Shown piece after piece: positions 53,643 to 63,944 of a stretch of DNA of 64,000 nucleotides (positions within the stretch are counted from its first letter, which is position 1; every line of letters starts with the position of its first letter). The translations under genes were made by a program, and so were the position numbers. This DNA is from an uncultured Bacteroidales bacterium (lineage in GTDB: Bacteria; Bacteroidota; Bacteroidia; Bacteroidales; UBA3663), in NCBI GenBank assembly GCA_905235375.1, contig CAJOLH010000004.1, positions 71,141-135,140 on the forward strand. The letters are read 5' to 3'. A model generated the notes under the pieces. The model worked only from the letters and a program-made list of their open reading frames with translations, was not told where the DNA came from and searched no databases.

Positions 53643-54275
53643 ATGATCATCGAACAAGGCAAGCATGTAGCCGTATCCTATAAGCTGACGGGCTACGAAG
53701 CTCCGGACAATCCCAACGAAGCACCAGAAATTGAAGAAATCGAGGAGACCCACCCGGGTCAGCCCTTTGAGTTTATCTTTGGAGTAGGGCAATTGATTCC
53801 AGGTTTTGAGAAGAATATCGAAGGCAAGCAAAAGGGCGATAGTTTCGACTTCACCCTCACTCCTGCCGAAGCATACGGTGAATACGACGACGAAAAGGTC
53901 GTCGCTCTGCCCAAGCACCTCTTCAACGACCCCAAGACAGGCAAGTTCCTCGCCGATATGGTGCAGGAAGGTGCGCAGGTACCCCTCCAGAGCCAGAATG
54001 GCGATATCATTCCAGCCACTGTTCAGCAGATTACAGCCAAGGAAGTGATTTGCGACATCAACCATCCCCTTGCAGGCTTGTACCTTTGCTTCAAGGGAAA
54101 GGTCGAAGAAGTACGCGAAGCAACCGAACAGGACAAGATCGAATATATGCGTCAGATGACTGGCGGCTGTGGTGGTAATTGTGGAGGCTGCGGTGGTGGC
54201 TGCGAAGGCGGCAACTGTGAAGGTGGCAACTGTGAAGGTGGCAACTGCGATGCAGGTGGTTGCTGCTGCAAATAA
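53643..54275 (+). CDS. slyD: FKBP-type peptidyl-prolyl isomerase SlyD-like with a Cys/Gly-rich C-terminal tail
   Basis: [10 protein letters not shown]...[30 protein letters not shown] (FKBP fold with an IF insert). The tail reads [37 protein letters not shown]. Confidence 0.85.
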   Translation: MIIEQGKHVAVSYKLTGYEAPDNPNEAPEIEEIEETHPGQPFEFIFGVGQLIPGFEKNIEGKQKGDSFDFTLTPAEAYGEYDDEKVVALPKHLFNDPKTGKFLADMVQEGAQVPLQSQNGDIIPATVQQITAKEVICDINHPLAGLYLCFKGKVEEVREATEQDKIEYMRQMTGGCGGNCGGCGGGCEGGNCEGGNCEGGNCDAGGCCCK

Positions 54276-54286
54276 GGATTGATTAC

Positions 54287-55387
54287 GTGAATACTTTCGG
54301 CAACATATTCCGACTGACGACCTTCGGCGAGAGCCATGGTCCTGCTGTTGGTGGCATCATCGACGGCATGCCTGCTGGCATCCCCGTTGATATGGAGTTA
54401 TTACAAGCCGAAATGGCACGACGTCGTCCCGGACAGTCGGCCATTACAACGGCTCGCAAGGAAGCCGACCAGGTGGAAGTGCTGTCGGGAGTGTTCGAAG
54501 GCAAGACCACAGGCACCCCCATTGGATTCGAGGTGCGCAATGCCAACCAGCATTCGTCCGACTACGATGCCCTCCGCGACGTCTATCGCCCCAGTCATGC
54601 CGACTACACCTATCAGCAGAAATACGGTCTGCGTGACCATCGCGGCGGAGGTCGCAGTTCGGCACGCGAGACGCTGAGCCGCGTCGTCGGCGGTGCCTTC
54701 GCCAAGATGGCGCTTCGTACCCTCGGCATCGATATCAAGGCCTACACCAGCCAGGTGGGCAACATCTGCCTCGACAATGACTGGACAAAGTACGACCTGT
54801 CGCTCATCGAGACCAATGCCGTACGTTGCCCCGATGCAGAATGTGCAGCTCGCATGGAGCAGCTCATCCGCGAGGTCAAGGCGGACGGCGACACCATCGG
54901 CGGTGTCATCTCATGTGTCATCCAAGGCGTTCCCGCAGGGCTGGGCGAACCCGTCTTCGGCAGGCTCAATGCTGCCCTTGGTGCTGCCATGCTCAGCATC
55001 AATGCCTGCAAGGGCTTCGAATACGGCATGGGATTTGCCCAATGCGGGTGTCGCGGCAGCGAGATGATCGACACCTTCCTGCCTGCCTCCACCGGCACCG
55101 ACGCTGGCGACCCTCAGCCCCTGCTCAAGACGGAGGCAAACCATAGCGGAGGCATCCAAGGCGGCATCTCCAACGGCGCACCCATCTATTTCCGCTGCGC
55201 TTTCAAGCCCGTGGCAACCCTTCTCAAGCCTATCCCCACTGTCACCCGACAAGGCGAGGCTACCATTCTCCAGGCGCGTGGTCGTCACGACCCATGTGTC
55301 CTGCCCCGTGCCGTGCCCATCGTCGAGGCAATGGCTGCAATGACCATCCTCGACCATTATCTCCTCAACAAGACCATACATATATAA
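54287..55387 (+). CDS. aroC: chorismate synthase
   Basis: [27 protein letters not shown] chose the GTG at 54287 as the start. The track's TTG at 54260 would overlap slyD and adds non-conserved residues. Confidence 0.9.
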   Translation: MNTFGNIFRLTTFGESHGPAVGGIIDGMPAGIPVDMELLQAEMARRRPGQSAITTARKEADQVEVLSGVFEGKTTGTPIGFEVRNANQHSSDYDALRDVYRPSHADYTYQQKYGLRDHRGGGRSSARETLSRVVGGAFAKMALRTLGIDIKAYTSQVGNICLDNDWTKYDLSLIETNAVRCPDAECAARMEQLIREVKADGDTIGGVISCVIQGVPAGLGEPVFGRLNAALGAAMLSINACKGFEYGMGFAQCGCRGSEMIDTFLPASTGTDAGDPQPLLKTEANHSGGIQGGISNGAPIYFRCAFKPVATLLKPIPTVTRQGEATILQARGRHDPCVLPRAVPIVEAMAAMTILDHYLLNKTIHI

Positions 55388-55393
55388 TATATA

Positions 55394-56719
55394 ATGTATC
55401 ACGCCAAGCTCCCTCTCAAACGTCTGATGGCGGGCATTCTTGCGATGCTTGCCATTGTTGCATGTTCGTCATGCCACGACAACGACGATGAAGTAGCAGA
55501 ACCCGACTACGAGAAAGTCGCCGACCACACCATCCTGATGTATATGGTGGGCGACAACAACCTCTCCTCCCTGCTCGAGAACAATGTTCGCCAGGCCCAT
55601 CGTGCCATACTTGACAGCGTGGAAGTGGGGGCACTCAATCTCGTTGTCATGAAGGACAACAAGCAGGATGGCGACGACCTGCCAAAGCTCTATTGGGTGC
55701 ATCGCAATGCTGCGCAGCAGCTCGACACCGTCATGCTGCAGTCCTGGTCCGAGGACATCGACATGGCCGACCCCGACATACTTGCATCGGTCATCAAGAC
55801 CACGTTCACCCGTTTCAACACGCCCATTAAGGGCATCGTGCTCGCCTCCCACGCCGCGGGATGGGTGCCCGTCACGACCAACCATCACTACGACGCCCCA
55901 CGCCGCAAGGCTTTCGGTTACGATCAGAACAACCAGCACGAGGTCACCGGCAGCATCGAGCTGTGGGATCTGGCCCAAGCCATGCGCCAAGGCCCCAAGC
56001 TCGACTATATCATCATGGACTGCTGTCACATGGGCAATGCCGAGGTGGCTTACGAATTGCGCGACATCGCGCGCTACCTCGTCGCCAGCTCGCTCGAAGT
56101 GCAGGGTGCCGGAATGCCCTATCGCAAGGTCTTCACCATGCTTTCGCGCTGCAAGTCACCATCCGACCTTCCCGCTGCACTCGACTATTCCATGCGTTCC
56201 TACTACGACGAGAATGCACCCTATGGCAGCTCGAAGAAAGGTGCCAGCATCTCACTCTACGACCTCACCCTCATGACCCAGCTCGCATCAAGCTATCAGC
56301 AGCTCATACGCAGCAATGCCAGCCGCCTCGCCAGCCTTTCCGAAGCCGACGGGCCAACCATCGACGACTGGCTCAACTGCTTCCAGCCTCTCGGTCGCGA
56401 ATCCAGTGGAATCCACTACAAGTACTATTACTTCGACATCCAGGATGTCATCAACTGGCTGGGCGAAACTGATGCAGCCAATGCCAATGCAGCACTGCAG
56501 GCGCTGCAGCGCGTCGTGCTCAAGGAATATCACAGTACGCAGTTCTATAGTGAAATCATCATCGACCACCACTGTGGCATGGCTGTCACCCTCCCCGAGA
56601 CACTCCACCTCGCCAACGAGCCCGGCTATCGCCAGTTCTTCAGCGCCTATGCCAGCAACGCTGCAGGTCTCCTCGCTGCCTACCACCTCACCGCTTGGGG
56701 CGGCATGATGGGATATTAA
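55394..56719 (+). CDS. clostripain-family (C11) cysteine peptidase lipoprotein
   Basis: Lipobox LAIVACSSC, ILMYMVGDNNLS, and the His/Cys dyad context LASHAAGW and IIMDCCHMGN. Confidence 0.85.
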   Translation: MYHAKLPLKRLMAGILAMLAIVACSSCHDNDDEVAEPDYEKVADHTILMYMVGDNNLSSLLENNVRQAHRAILDSVEVGALNLVVMKDNKQDGDDLPKLYWVHRNAAQQLDTVMLQSWSEDIDMADPDILASVIKTTFTRFNTPIKGIVLASHAAGWVPVTTNHHYDAPRRKAFGYDQNNQHEVTGSIELWDLAQAMRQGPKLDYIIMDCCHMGNAEVAYELRDIARYLVASSLEVQGAGMPYRKVFTMLSRCKSPSDLPAALDYSMRSYYDENAPYGSSKKGASISLYDLTLMTQLASSYQQLIRSNASRLASLSEADGPTIDDWLNCFQPLGRESSGIHYKYYYFDIQDVINWLGETDAANANAALQALQRVVLKEYHSTQFYSEIIIDHHCGMAVTLPETLHLANEPGYRQFFSAYASNAAGLLAAYHLTAWGGMMGY

Positions 56720-56956
56720 GAAAAGCATTGCTCCACATCGGGGCAATGCTTTAAAACAAAAAAAGGATGAGCTCTTCATATCGCGCCGCTACAACCTCAT
56801 GCCCTTGCTGCGGTCAAGCCCTGGGGGGATTAGAAGGAGCATGCCGTATGACACTCATCCGACTGCAAAAGTACGCACTTTTTTCGGTTCTGCCAAATTT
56901 TTAGGACAAAAAAAGCAAATTCCCACCGAAAATTTTATTTTTCACCCGTATTTTCG

Positions 56957-56964
56957 TATCTTTG
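56957..56964 (+). promoter_or_regulatory. -7 box TATCTTTG (DUF4199-GT2 operon)
   Basis: 34 nt upstream of the ATG at 56998. Confidence 0.65.
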
Positions 56965-56997
56965 CAGCGCATATTTCGACATTTCGGTAACCAAAAT

Positions 56998-57558
56998 ATG
57001 AACTCTCTTGCTTCTTTAGTCAACAATTACCTGATGAAGATGGCCGTGCCTCTCGCGGTGTGGTTCATCGTGGAATATCTGATCAGGAACGCCATGTATA
57101 GCAACGTCCTGCTCAGCATCCTCATCTTCCCGATGATGCTGGTCACTCCCTTCGCCCTGTGGTGGCTCATCCGCAAACTGCGCAGAGAAATCCTTTTCGA
57201 CGCCATTCGCGGCATCCAGGCTTGGTCGTTCGGCGTGCAGCTCATGTTCTACGCCAGCCTCATCGAGGCGCTCTTCATCTACGTCTATAATCAGTACATC
57301 AAGCCCGGCAACCTCCACGTCATCCAGCAAGCAGCCATCGAGCAGTACGAGAACGTTCGGCAGACGCTCGCGGCAACAGGCAGCTTCGAGCGATACATGC
57401 CCAAACTCGACGAGGCTATCGAGGCGTTGAAGGAGGCTCCCGTCCTCACTCCCATCGAGACGGCGATGACCACCCTCTCCAACAACCTCTTCATCTCCAT
57501 CGTCCTGATGATACCAATCGCCCTCATCGTCCGCAGGCGCCCCCAGGTTCCCTCCTAA
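56998..57558 (+). CDS. DUF4199 domain-containing membrane protein
   Basis: The ATG lies 34 nt downstream of a TATCTTTG box. Four hydrophobic segments. The conserved Bacteroidota pairing with the downstream GT2 gene is present. Confidence 0.7.
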   Translation: MNSLASLVNNYLMKMAVPLAVWFIVEYLIRNAMYSNVLLSILIFPMMLVTPFALWWLIRKLRREILFDAIRGIQAWSFGVQLMFYASLIEALFIYVYNQYIKPGNLHVIQQAAIEQYENVRQTLAATGSFERYMPKLDEAIEALKEAPVLTPIETAMTTLSNNLFISIVLMIPIALIVRRRPQVPS

Positions 57559-57637
57559 TCTCATCCTGCCCCTCCCCCCCGTTCCGACTGTTGCGATGCC
57601 ATCGCTAACCCATAAACCCTCAAAACCCTCCCCCCTA

Positions 57638-58591
57638 ATGCTCGACATATCCGTCATCATCCCCCTCTATAACGAAGACGAGTCCCTCCCCGAACTCGCC
57701 GCCTGGATTGACCGCGTAATGCAGGCCAACAATTTCTCCTACGAAGTCATCTTCTGCAACGATGGCTCCACCGACCGTTCCTGGCAGGTCATCAAGCAGC
57801 TCCATCAGCAATATCCGCAGATGCACGGAATGTCCTTCCGTACCAACCACGGCAAGTCACCAGCCCTCCATGTCGGCTTCGGCATGGCGCAGGGCGACGT
57901 AGTCATCACCATGGACGCCGACCTTCAGGATTCGCCCGACGAGATTCCAGAACTCTACCGCATGATCAAGGAGGAGGGCTACGACCTCGTCAGCGGATGG
58001 AAGAAGAAGCGCTACGACCCCCTCTCGAAGACCATCCCCACCAAGCTCTTCAATGCCACCGTGCGCGCCGTCTCGGGCATACACAACCTTCACGACTTCA
58101 ACTGCGGCCTCAAGGCCTATCGCGGCGAAGTCGTCAAGCACATCGAGCTCTACGGCGATATGCACCGGTATATCCCCTACATCGCCAAGAACGCAGGCTA
58201 TAATAAGATTGGCGAGAAGGTCGTCCAGCACCAGGCTCGCAAATACGGCAAGACCAAGTTCGGCCTCGACCGCTTCGTCAACGGTTACCTCGACCTCATC
58301 ACCCTATGGTTCCTCAACCGCTTCGGCGCAAAACCCATGCTCGTCTTCGGTCTGTGGGGCACCATCATCTTCCTCATCGGCTTCATCGCCATCCTCTACA
58401 TTGTCTGCCATAAGATCTATGTGCTCAGCACTGCTGGCACCGGTACCCTCATCACCTCCATGCCCGCCTTCTACGTGGCCCTCACCAGCATGATCATCGG
58501 TGTCCAGCTCTTTCTCGCCGGATTCCTCGGCGAACTCATCTCACGCACTTCTGCCGACCGCAACAAGTATGACATCGCTGAAACCATCTGA
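57638..58591 (+). CDS. family 2 glycosyltransferase (polyprenol-phosphate glycosyltransferase, GtrB/DPM1-like)
   Basis: MLDISVIIPLYNEDESL, DADLQDSPDE (DxD) and two C-terminal TM helices. An alternative ATG at 57596 is possible. Confidence 0.85.
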   Translation: MLDISVIIPLYNEDESLPELAAWIDRVMQANNFSYEVIFCNDGSTDRSWQVIKQLHQQYPQMHGMSFRTNHGKSPALHVGFGMAQGDVVITMDADLQDSPDEIPELYRMIKEEGYDLVSGWKKKRYDPLSKTIPTKLFNATVRAVSGIHNLHDFNCGLKAYRGEVVKHIELYGDMHRYIPYIAKNAGYNKIGEKVVQHQARKYGKTKFGLDRFVNGYLDLITLWFLNRFGAKPMLVFGLWGTIIFLIGFIAILYIVCHKIYVLSTAGTGTLITSMPAFYVALTSMIIGVQLFLAGFLGELISRTSADRNKYDIAETI

Positions 58592-59081
58592 CACGTCGTC
58601 ACGTCCACACTCCAAGGCCTTACGCCTCCTGCTGGTTGCCTGCTGCATCCAGGCTCTGCTGTGCGCCTGCGACAACGGTTGTGAACAGGTGCGCGAGGCG
58701 TACATGACCACCACGTTCACGTCCACCAGCGGCAGGTCGCTGCGTTCCATCAGCCTCATCTGTCTCTCCGACACCCTGGGCTACGCCGCCACCATTACCC
58801 AGTTCGCCGACATCGACCTACAGCTCAACCCCAAGGGCAAACACACCACCATGATCCTCGATTGCTCCTACAGCGACTACGGCGACCTCTACACCTCATC
58901 CGACACTGTCGAAATCGACTATACTGTCGAACCCCGGTTCCTCGACATGGAGTGCGGATGCACCGTCCTCTTCCACATCGACGATGTGCGTTCCACCCGT
59001 CACCTTTTCAGCAACCTCATCATCAACGACGAGAATGTCGTCGCCGATGGCAAGTCCACCAACCTCATCTTCGAATACTAA
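58569..59081 (+). CDS. hypothetical lipoprotein
   Basis: Signal and lipobox RLLLVACCIQALLCACDNG. The start overlaps the end of the GT2 gene. Confidence 0.55.
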   Translation: MTSLKPSDTSSRPHSKALRLLLVACCIQALLCACDNGCEQVREAYMTTTFTSTSGRSLRSISLICLSDTLGYAATITQFADIDLQLNPKGKHTTMILDCSYSDYGDLYTSSDTVEIDYTVEPRFLDMECGCTVLFHIDDVRSTRHLFSNLIINDENVVADGKSTNLIFEY

Positions 59082-59090
59082 TCCACGGGA

Positions 59091-59861
59091 ATGTTCCACC
59101 CTCACTACGCAATAACGCTGGCCCTCGCCACTCTCCTCGTCACCAACAGCCCCTCGCTGCTGGCTCAGGGACGTTCCATTCCCGTCACATCCGAAGTCAA
59201 GGCCGAAGAGCAGAAGGAACTGCCCGACCTCCTGCCCGAAGGACAAAAGTATCGCTATCGCTTCTTCAACGGGCTCAATGTCTCGATCGATATCCTCGAC
59301 CCCTTGCTCTACACGTTCTACTACGACCATGCCTCCTTCGAGGCACAGCTGATGGCCGACTTCCACCACAGGTACTTCCCCATGGCAGCCATCGGCATGG
59401 GCATAGCCGACGAAGACTCCGACAACGGCCTGGAGTATGGTACAGGTGCCAAGCAGGAGCTTAACTTCAAGTCCGACCTCGCACCCTTCGGAAAGATTGG
59501 CTTCGCCTACAACTTCGCCTACAACAGCCCCCGTCCTTACGACTACTACCTCGTATTCCTGCGCTACGGTCTGGCGTTCAACAAGGCCGACATCTCCAAC
59601 CTCTACTATGCCGACGAGATGTGGGGCTCCTTAGGACCCATCTCCATCACCGACCAGGAGTACACCACCCATTGGGTCGAACTGGGCGGCATGGTCAAGG
59701 TGCAGATTGTCAAGCACATCTCCCTCGGGTGGAACCTCTACCTCAAGGTCAAGCTCTCGCAGAGCGGAACCCAATACGGCAAACCATTCTTCGTGCCCGG
59801 CTACGGTTCCAACAAGTCTCATCTCGGATTCTCGTTCCGTATCTACTACGATATCTTTTAG
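59091..59861 (+). CDS. putative outer-membrane beta-barrel protein
   Basis: Signal peptide ending LLAQG, alternating aromatic/hydrophilic strands, and a C-terminal ...FSFRIYYDIF with terminal Phe. Confidence 0.6.
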   Translation: MFHPHYAITLALATLLVTNSPSLLAQGRSIPVTSEVKAEEQKELPDLLPEGQKYRYRFFNGLNVSIDILDPLLYTFYYDHASFEAQLMADFHHRYFPMAAIGMGIADEDSDNGLEYGTGAKQELNFKSDLAPFGKIGFAYNFAYNSPRPYDYYLVFLRYGLAFNKADISNLYYADEMWGSLGPISITDQEYTTHWVELGGMVKVQIVKHISLGWNLYLKVKLSQSGTQYGKPFFVPGYGSNKSHLGFSFRIYYDIF

Positions 59862-59873
59862 TCATCAAACAAT

Positions 59874-60941
59874 ATGCGCCCCCGCACCGCCAAACTCCTC
59901 ATCTACATCGTGGCAGCCATCTGTGTGCTCGGCATAGCCATGCACCGGCAGTCGGCACAGCGCGATGCAAGCAACGATCCCGGTGCCTTCATCCAGCTCG
60001 AAGGCTCGGTCTTCCACACCGTCTATCACATCCAATACGAAGGCCGCGACGACTATCACGACGACATCAAGCGGCTCTTTCGTGAGTTCGATGGCTCGCT
60101 GTCCATGTTCAACGACACCTCCATCATCTCCCGCATCAACCGTGGCGACACCTCCGTCATCGTCAACGACTACGTCCGCACCGTCATCGACAAGTCCCTT
60201 CAGGTGAGCCAGCTCACACAGGGTGCCTTCGACATCACCGTCGCTCCCCTCGTCAACCTCTGGGGCTTCGGCTTCAAGAATGCCGAGGGCGTGACGCAGC
60301 AGACCGTCGATTCCATCCTTCAGTTCGTCGGCTACGACAAGATCCATCTCACCCCCGACGGACACGTCATCAAGGACGACCCGCGCATCGTCCTCGATGC
60401 CTCATCCATCGCCAAGGGATATATGTGCGACGTGGTGGCCGACTATCTGCGCAGCCGCGATGTCAGCAACTTCATGGTCGAGATTGGCGGCGAAATCACC
60501 TGCGGAGGCAACAACGCCAGGGGAAAGCATTGGAGCGTAGGCATCAACGAGCCCATTGAGGACTCCCTGCAGACCTCCAACGTCCTGCGCGACATCATGG
60601 TCATCACCGACTGCAGCATTGCCACCTCGGGCAACTACCGCAACTTCTACTACAAGGACGGTCGCCGCTATGCCCACATCATCGACCCCCACACCGGCTA
60701 TCCCGCACAGTACGACATCCTCTCCAGCACCGTCATCGCTCCCAACTGCATCACTGCCGATGCCCTCGCCACTTCGTTCATGGTGCTCGGAAGCCAGCGT
60801 TCGCTGCGCATCCTCGAAGCCGACACCACGCTCATGGCTTACTTCATCTGCAGCGACCCCGAGGCCGACCAATACAAGGTGATCTATTCACCCAAACTCA
60901 AGAATATGCTCTCCAGCCAAAATAAATCAAACAGAAAATAG
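59874..60941 (+). CDS. apbE: FAD:protein FMN transferase (ApbE family)
   Basis: 355 aa. [32 protein letters not shown] and [10 protein letters not shown] motifs. Confidence 0.88.
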   Translation: MRPRTAKLLIYIVAAICVLGIAMHRQSAQRDASNDPGAFIQLEGSVFHTVYHIQYEGRDDYHDDIKRLFREFDGSLSMFNDTSIISRINRGDTSVIVNDYVRTVIDKSLQVSQLTQGAFDITVAPLVNLWGFGFKNAEGVTQQTVDSILQFVGYDKIHLTPDGHVIKDDPRIVLDASSIAKGYMCDVVADYLRSRDVSNFMVEIGGEITCGGNNARGKHWSVGINEPIEDSLQTSNVLRDIMVITDCSIATSGNYRNFYYKDGRRYAHIIDPHTGYPAQYDILSSTVIAPNCITADALATSFMVLGSQRSLRILEADTTLMAYFICSDPEADQYKVIYSPKLKNMLSSQNKSNRK

Positions 60942-60951
60942 TGCATACACT

Positions 60952-61866
60952 ATGCAGAGAAACTTCATTTCCATCACCGATCTGAGCAAGGACGACATCC
61001 TCTCCCTGCTCCACGATGCCGCACGTTTCGAGGCCAACCCCAACCAGCGGCTCCTCGAAGGCAAGGTCGTGGCTACACTCTTCTTCGAGCCTTCCACACG
61101 CACCCGCCTATCTTTCGAGACCGCTGCCAACCGCCTCGGCGCACGTGTCATCGGATTCAGCGACCCCAACTCCTCTTCCACCTCAAAGGGTGAGACTCTC
61201 AAGGATACCATCAAGATGGTGTCCAACTATGCCGATGTCATCGTCATGCGTCACTACCTCGAAGGCGCCGCCCGCTACGCTTCCGAAGTCACCGACGTCC
61301 CCATCATCAATGCCGGCGACGGTGCCAACCAGCACCCTTCGCAGACCCTCCTCGACCTCTACTCCATCTGGAAGACGCAGGGGACCCTCGATGACCTCGA
61401 CATCACCATGGTCGGCGACCTCAAGTACGGACGCACCGTTCACTCCCTCCTCCAGGCGCTCTCGTTCTTCAATCCCCGTTTCCACTTCATCGCTCCCGAC
61501 CTCTTGCGTATGCCCAACGGCTACCGCGACTTCTGCAACCGTCACAACCTCTACTTCGACGAGAGCGAGGTCTTCGACGTCAATGCCATCGCCCACACCG
61601 ACATCCTCTACATGACGCGCATCCAGAAGGAACGCTTCAGCGACCTTCGCGAGTACGAGCAGGTCAAGAACGTCTATACCCTGCGCAATGCAATGCTCGC
61701 CGCCACCAAGCCCAACCTCCGCGTGCTCCATCCGCTGCCGCGCGTCAACGAGATTGCCTACGACGTGGACGAGAACCCCAAGGCTTATTATTTCCAGCAG
61801 GCCCAGAACGGACTCTATGCCCGCGAGGCCATCATTTGTCGAATGCTTAACATTGATCTGAAATGA
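60952..61866 (+). CDS. pyrB: aspartate carbamoyltransferase catalytic subunit
   Basis: [26 protein letters not shown]. Confidence 0.95.
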   Translation: MQRNFISITDLSKDDILSLLHDAARFEANPNQRLLEGKVVATLFFEPSTRTRLSFETAANRLGARVIGFSDPNSSSTSKGETLKDTIKMVSNYADVIVMRHYLEGAARYASEVTDVPIINAGDGANQHPSQTLLDLYSIWKTQGTLDDLDITMVGDLKYGRTVHSLLQALSFFNPRFHFIAPDLLRMPNGYRDFCNRHNLYFDESEVFDVNAIAHTDILYMTRIQKERFSDLREYEQVKNVYTLRNAMLAATKPNLRVLHPLPRVNEIAYDVDENPKAYYFQQAQNGLYAREAIICRMLNIDLK

Positions 61867-62321
61867 GCGAGAAGAAAGAATTAGAAGTCAGTGCCATCAA
61901 GAACGGCACCGTCATCGACCATATCCCTGCCAACGTGACGTTCAAGATCGTCCAGATCCTCGACCTTTACAACCACCCGGGGGCCATCACCATCGGTACC
62001 AACCTCGACTCGATCACCCTCGGTCGAAAAGGAATCATCAAGATTGCCGACCGCTACCTCACCGACGAGGAGATCGGACGTCTCAGCGTAGTCTCGCCCG
62101 ACGTCACGCTCAACATCATCAAGGATTACCAGATTGTCGAGAAGAAATACGTCAAATATCCAAAGCAGATCATCGGCGTCGTCAAGTGCACCAATCCCAA
62201 GTGCGTCACCAATCACCAGCCCATCCCCACCAAGATGGAGGTCTTTGACATGAACCAGAAGTCGCTTCGCTGCATCTATTGCGAACGCGTCATGCAGTAT
62301 GGCGAAATCGAACTGCTTTAG
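61863..62321 (+). CDS. pyrI: aspartate carbamoyltransferase regulatory subunit
   Basis: 152 aa. [12 protein letters not shown] and zinc site CTNPKC...CIYCE. The start overlaps the pyrB stop. Confidence 0.93.
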   Translation: MSEKKELEVSAIKNGTVIDHIPANVTFKIVQILDLYNHPGAITIGTNLDSITLGRKGIIKIADRYLTDEEIGRLSVVSPDVTLNIIKDYQIVEKKYVKYPKQIIGVVKCTNPKCVTNHQPIPTKMEVFDMNQKSLRCIYCERVMQYGEIELL

Positions 62322-62519
62322 TCCGTCACGACCATACGGTACAGAAAAAAAGAGGGCCGTCTCACGACGACCATCTTCACTAACCTTAAATCTTATACCA
62401 TGAAAAACACATTGCAAAAGTAGCCGTTTTTTGCAAACCAGCCAAACTTTTTCGCGCTTTTTTCAGCAGATTGGTCGAAAAAATATGTTTTACAACATAA
62501 AATGACTACCATACATAAC

Positions 62520-62552
62520 AAAAAAAGGACTATTGCAACGCTGCAATAGTCC
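62520..62552 (-). terminator. rho-independent terminator of the rpmB-rpmG-DUF4295 operon
   Basis: The minus strand reads GGACTATTGCA gcgt TGCAATAGTCC TTTTTTT. Confidence 0.85.
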
Positions 62553-62574
62553 TTATATTTGGTGTTATGCAAAT

Positions 62575-62727
62575 TTACTTTGCCAGAGCGGCTTTAACCT
62601 GCTCATTGGGAACCATCTCCTCCTCGAAGACGTAAGCACCGGTCTTGGGAGACTTAACCACACGGATAACTTTGCTGTAGGTACGACCCTCACCAGTCTG
62701 GAGAGTGGCCACTGCTTTCTTTGCCAT
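62575..62727 (-). CDS. DUF4295 family small protein (50 aa)
   Basis: Below the track's size cutoff. The reverse strand gives MAKKAVATLQTGEGRTYSKVIRVVKSPKTGAYVFEEEMVPNEQVKAALAK, the small protein that follows rpmG in Bacteroidota. Confidence 0.8.
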   Translation of the reverse strand: MAKKAVATLQTGEGRTYSKVIRVVKSPKTGAYVFEEEMVPNEQVKAALAK

Positions 62728-62778
62728 AGTCTGTAAACTTTAGTTTTTACGATTAACTGATATTCTTTGTCCGTAGGA

Positions 62779-62967
62779 TTACTTGATCTCCTTATGGATG
62801 GTGTAGCGCTTGAGGAATGGGTTGTACTTCTTCAGCTCAAGACGCTCGGTTGTATTCTTGCGGTTCTTGGTGGTGATGTAACGCGACATACCGGGCACGC
62901 CACTCGACTTCTGCTCAGTGCACTCCAGGATCACCTGTACGCGATTGCCCTTAACTTTCTTTGCCAT
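62779..62967 (-). CDS. rpmG: 50S ribosomal protein L33
   Basis: [20 protein letters not shown]...[21 protein letters not shown]. Confidence 0.95.
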   Translation of the reverse strand: MAKKVKGNRVQVILECTEQKSSGVPGMSRYITTKNRKNTTERLELKKYNPFLKRYTIHKEIK

Positions 62968-62987
62968 AGTATTCTTGTAGCTTTAGA

Positions 62988-63218
62988 TTATTCAATAACA
63001 TAACCTGCATCCTTCAGGGCTGCAGAAATACCCTTTTTGTTGATGGTACGGATACCAGCCGCACTAACCTTGAGATAGATATAATCATCAAGCTCAGGAA
63101 CGTAGAACTTCTTTACCTGCAGGTTGACGTTGAAGATGCGCTTCGTACGACGCTTCGAATGTGAAACGTTATTTCCACTACCTGCCTTCTTACCAGTGAT
63201 CTGACAAATCTTAGACAT
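62988..63218 (-). CDS. rpmB: 50S ribosomal protein L28
   Basis: [34 protein letters not shown]. The start was set to the ATG at 63218; the track's extension runs into the leader. Confidence 0.95.
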   Translation of the reverse strand: MSKICQITGKKAGSGNNVSHSKRRTKRIFNVNLQVKKFYVPELDDYIYLKVSAAGIRTINKKGISAALKDAGYVIE

Positions 63219-63396
63219 TGTTGTTCGTTTTTTTGTTTTTTTGTAAATCTTTTCCCCAACCGCCGAAAGGCGGATGGAAGCCACCTTTGCAAAAAATCGG
63301 ACTGGTTAATGGAAACCCTGACAGTCGGGCGGTCCAATTTTTAATTGGGTTGTTAAAATCGTTGCGCAATGAGTTTCACCCCTCAAAACGCGGGTG

Positions 63397-63404
63397 CAAA
63401 GATA
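63397..63404 (-). promoter_or_regulatory. -7 box TATCTTTG (rpmB operon, long leader)
   Basis: Exact match 179 nt upstream of the rpmB ATG. Confidence 0.55.
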
Positions 63405-63443
63405 CTAAATCTCACGCGTGTGAACAAATTATCAATTCCATTT

Positions 63444-63944
63444 TTATTCAATTTGCTGCAAAAGAGTGAGCAAAAGGTCTAAAGCGGCATCTGCGCTTTG
63501 CAAAATAACAGCCTCTCTACTCCCTTTGAAGTGGTACGTCGAACTCACGCACTGGTCTTTGCAGATGGCTGCAATGCACACCGTCCCTACGGGTTTTCCG
63601 GGTTCGGCACCGCCTGGCCCGGCTATGCCCGTGGTAGCAACCGCGCAGTCGCTCTGCAGCAAGCGCGCCACGCCCGTTGCCATCTGCTGGGCTGTACTCT
63701 CGCTCACTACTCCGCCGATGCTCACGTCCACGCCCAGCACTTCCTCCTTCACGCTCACCGCATAGCTCGTCACCGAGCCCTTGAAGTAAGCCGATGAGCC
63801 CGGTATCTGCGCTATCATCGACGCTATCGTGCCTCCCGTCAGCGACTCCGCCGCCGACACCGTCAATCCCTTCTCCAGCATTACCTTCTTCAGCCGACGC
63901 CCCAGCGTCGAGAACTTCCGTTCTTCCGATCTCTTGTATCTCAT
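63444..63944 (-). CDS. CinA C-terminal domain / nicotinamide-nucleotide amidohydrolase PncC family
   Basis: 166 aa. AAESLTGGTIASMI and ATTGIAGPGG motifs. Confidence 0.85.
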   Translation of the reverse strand: MRYKRSEERKFSTLGRRLKKVMLEKGLTVSAAESLTGGTIASMIAQIPGSSAYFKGSVTSYAVSVKEEVLGVDVSIGGVVSESTAQQMATGVARLLQSDCAVATTGIAGPGGAEPGKPVGTVCIAAICKDQCVSSTYHFKGSREAVILQSADAALDLLLTLLQQIE

